Below are positions 63,260 through 64,000 of a stretch of DNA of 64,000 nt, one piece after another. The stretch is taken from IMG/VR virus record IMGVR_UViG_3300031963_000072, positions 1 to 64,000 of that record; one strand, written 5' to 3'. Every line of letters begins with the position of its first letter. Within the stretch, counting starts at the first letter, position 1. Source of the stretch: a virus. The notes under the pieces were generated by a model. It searched no databases. It saw nothing but the letters and a program-made list of their open reading frames with translations, and had not been told where the DNA came from. The translations under genes were made by a program, and so were the position numbers.

Positions 63260-63847
63260 TCAAAGATTCTTTTCCTGTTTGCAAGAAATATAGTCAGCAA
63301 GATGAACAATGTCCGCAAGGAGAGGCTCCTTCATCTTGTAAGGGGCGTTCTCTTCAGCGTATTGACCATCATTTAACTTGATTGCAAGCCATTCGTCTTG
63401 GGTCAGCTTTAAGCCAAAATGCTGACAAAGCCACACGCCTCTATCGGGAACAGTCATGTAGAGAATCTCTCTGTTATGCTTGTACATCTCACCAAGCTTC
63501 TCTCGATGCCAGTCTGAATCTTGGGGAAGATAATAATCTCTTTCGTGATCTCCTACCTTGCCCAGGTCGTGGAGAAGACAACCAATGATAAGAGAGTCCT
63601 TTGGGACTTCCCAATTAAAAGTCTTGCAAAGCTTGAGAGCATTGCTCAGTAGCCTAAGCGAGTGGTCAACTAAACCTCCGGGAAATGCAGCATGATACTC
63701 CTTCCTAGAAGAAGCAGGACACATAGCAAGTCTTTCACCTAGATGATCGACCAGTGCTAGTGCAGGAGCAGATCTATCTCCGAGCTTCTCCATGAAGCTA
63801 CGAAACTTATCAAAATTTTCTGCAATTTGTTCGGGAGTTAATTCCAT
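63260..63847 (-). CDS. HD-domain phosphohydrolase
   Basis: H..FPGGLVDH, LHDLGK, AD; start moved to MELTPE. Confidence 0.85.
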   Translation of the reverse strand: MELTPEQIAENFDKFRSFMEKLGDRSAPALALVDHLGERLAMCPASSRKEYHAAFPGGLVDHSLRLLSNALKLCKTFNWEVPKDSLIIGCLLHDLGKVGDHERDYYLPQDSDWHREKLGEMYKHNREILYMTVPDRGVWLCQHFGLKLTQDEWLAIKLNDGQYAEENAPYKMKEPLLADIVHLADYISCKQEKNL

Positions 63848-63861
63848 GCACATAATGATAA

Positions 63862-64000
63862 TCAATCTTCTTTGAGATGTTCAAACTTTACTGGAAAGGG
63901 AGACATGTATGTGGGAATGGACACTTCTTTGATGCTCATGACGTCTTCGATTCTGTCGCGACTGACATCTACTATCATTGCGTCGTGCAGCACAAAAAGA
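63862..64000 (-). CDS. C-terminus of a probable family A DNA polymerase-like protein (partial)
   Basis: My translation LFVLHDAMIVDV...FPVKFEHLKED* resembles PolA motif C (HDE, here HDA). Confidence 0.5.
   Translation of the reverse strand, partial: LFVLHDAMIVDVSRDRIEDVMSIKEVSIPTYMSPFPVKFEHLKED

Noticed and set aside
1-64000. Stop-codon reassignment as in some huge phages
   Set aside because: Conserved genes are full length in the standard code, and TAA, TAG and TGA all end genes.
1-64000. CRISPR array, tRNA, rRNA
   Set aside because: No regularly spaced repeats or cloverleaf signatures seen; intergenic gaps are short. A tRNAscan/Rfam run would be definitive.

Overview
This 64 kb window reads as part of a large (jumbo/huge) tailed-phage genome: dense, almost all minus-strand, standard genetic code, with no rRNA, tRNA or CRISPR array seen. 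(1) 1-7.2 kb: about 25 short, mostly translationally coupled ORFs, about 17 of them sharing an SH3/KOW-like 'KPGDLV...GW' pattern. By manual reading this region is almost free of GAC/GTC and GpC, and the depletion fades rightwards. (2) 7.2-11.7 kb: a plus-strand yeaH-spoVR-yeaG(prkA) operon converging on a ClpP-type protease, followed by an MBD4-like glycosylase. (3) 13-53 kb: many hypothetical proteins with a shared 'L-x-x-I-I-x-E' peptide and an upstream ATANTTA motif (putative late/virion genes), mixed with PolX, nitrilase, SOD, Dps, Hsp20, HNH and a DNA methyltransferase. This stretch also holds a nucleotide/sugar cluster around dnaE: two NDP-sugar epimerases, an NMP kinase fused to an Asp-type thymidylate-synthase domain, a nucleoside deoxyribosyltransferase, a non-canonical ThyX, a dNTP-pyrophosphatase pair and a ligase-like/nucleotidyltransferase module. 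(4) 53-64 kb: replication core (class II RNR, helicase, 5'-3' exonuclease, actin-like protein, dUTPase, RecA, SSB, HD protein, end of a PolA-like gene). Best candidates for new biology: the motif-purged left region, a putative cytosine-modification pathway, and a set of late-expressed, possibly capsid-packaged enzymes. All calls come from motif recognition by eye; no searches were run, and counts are manual.
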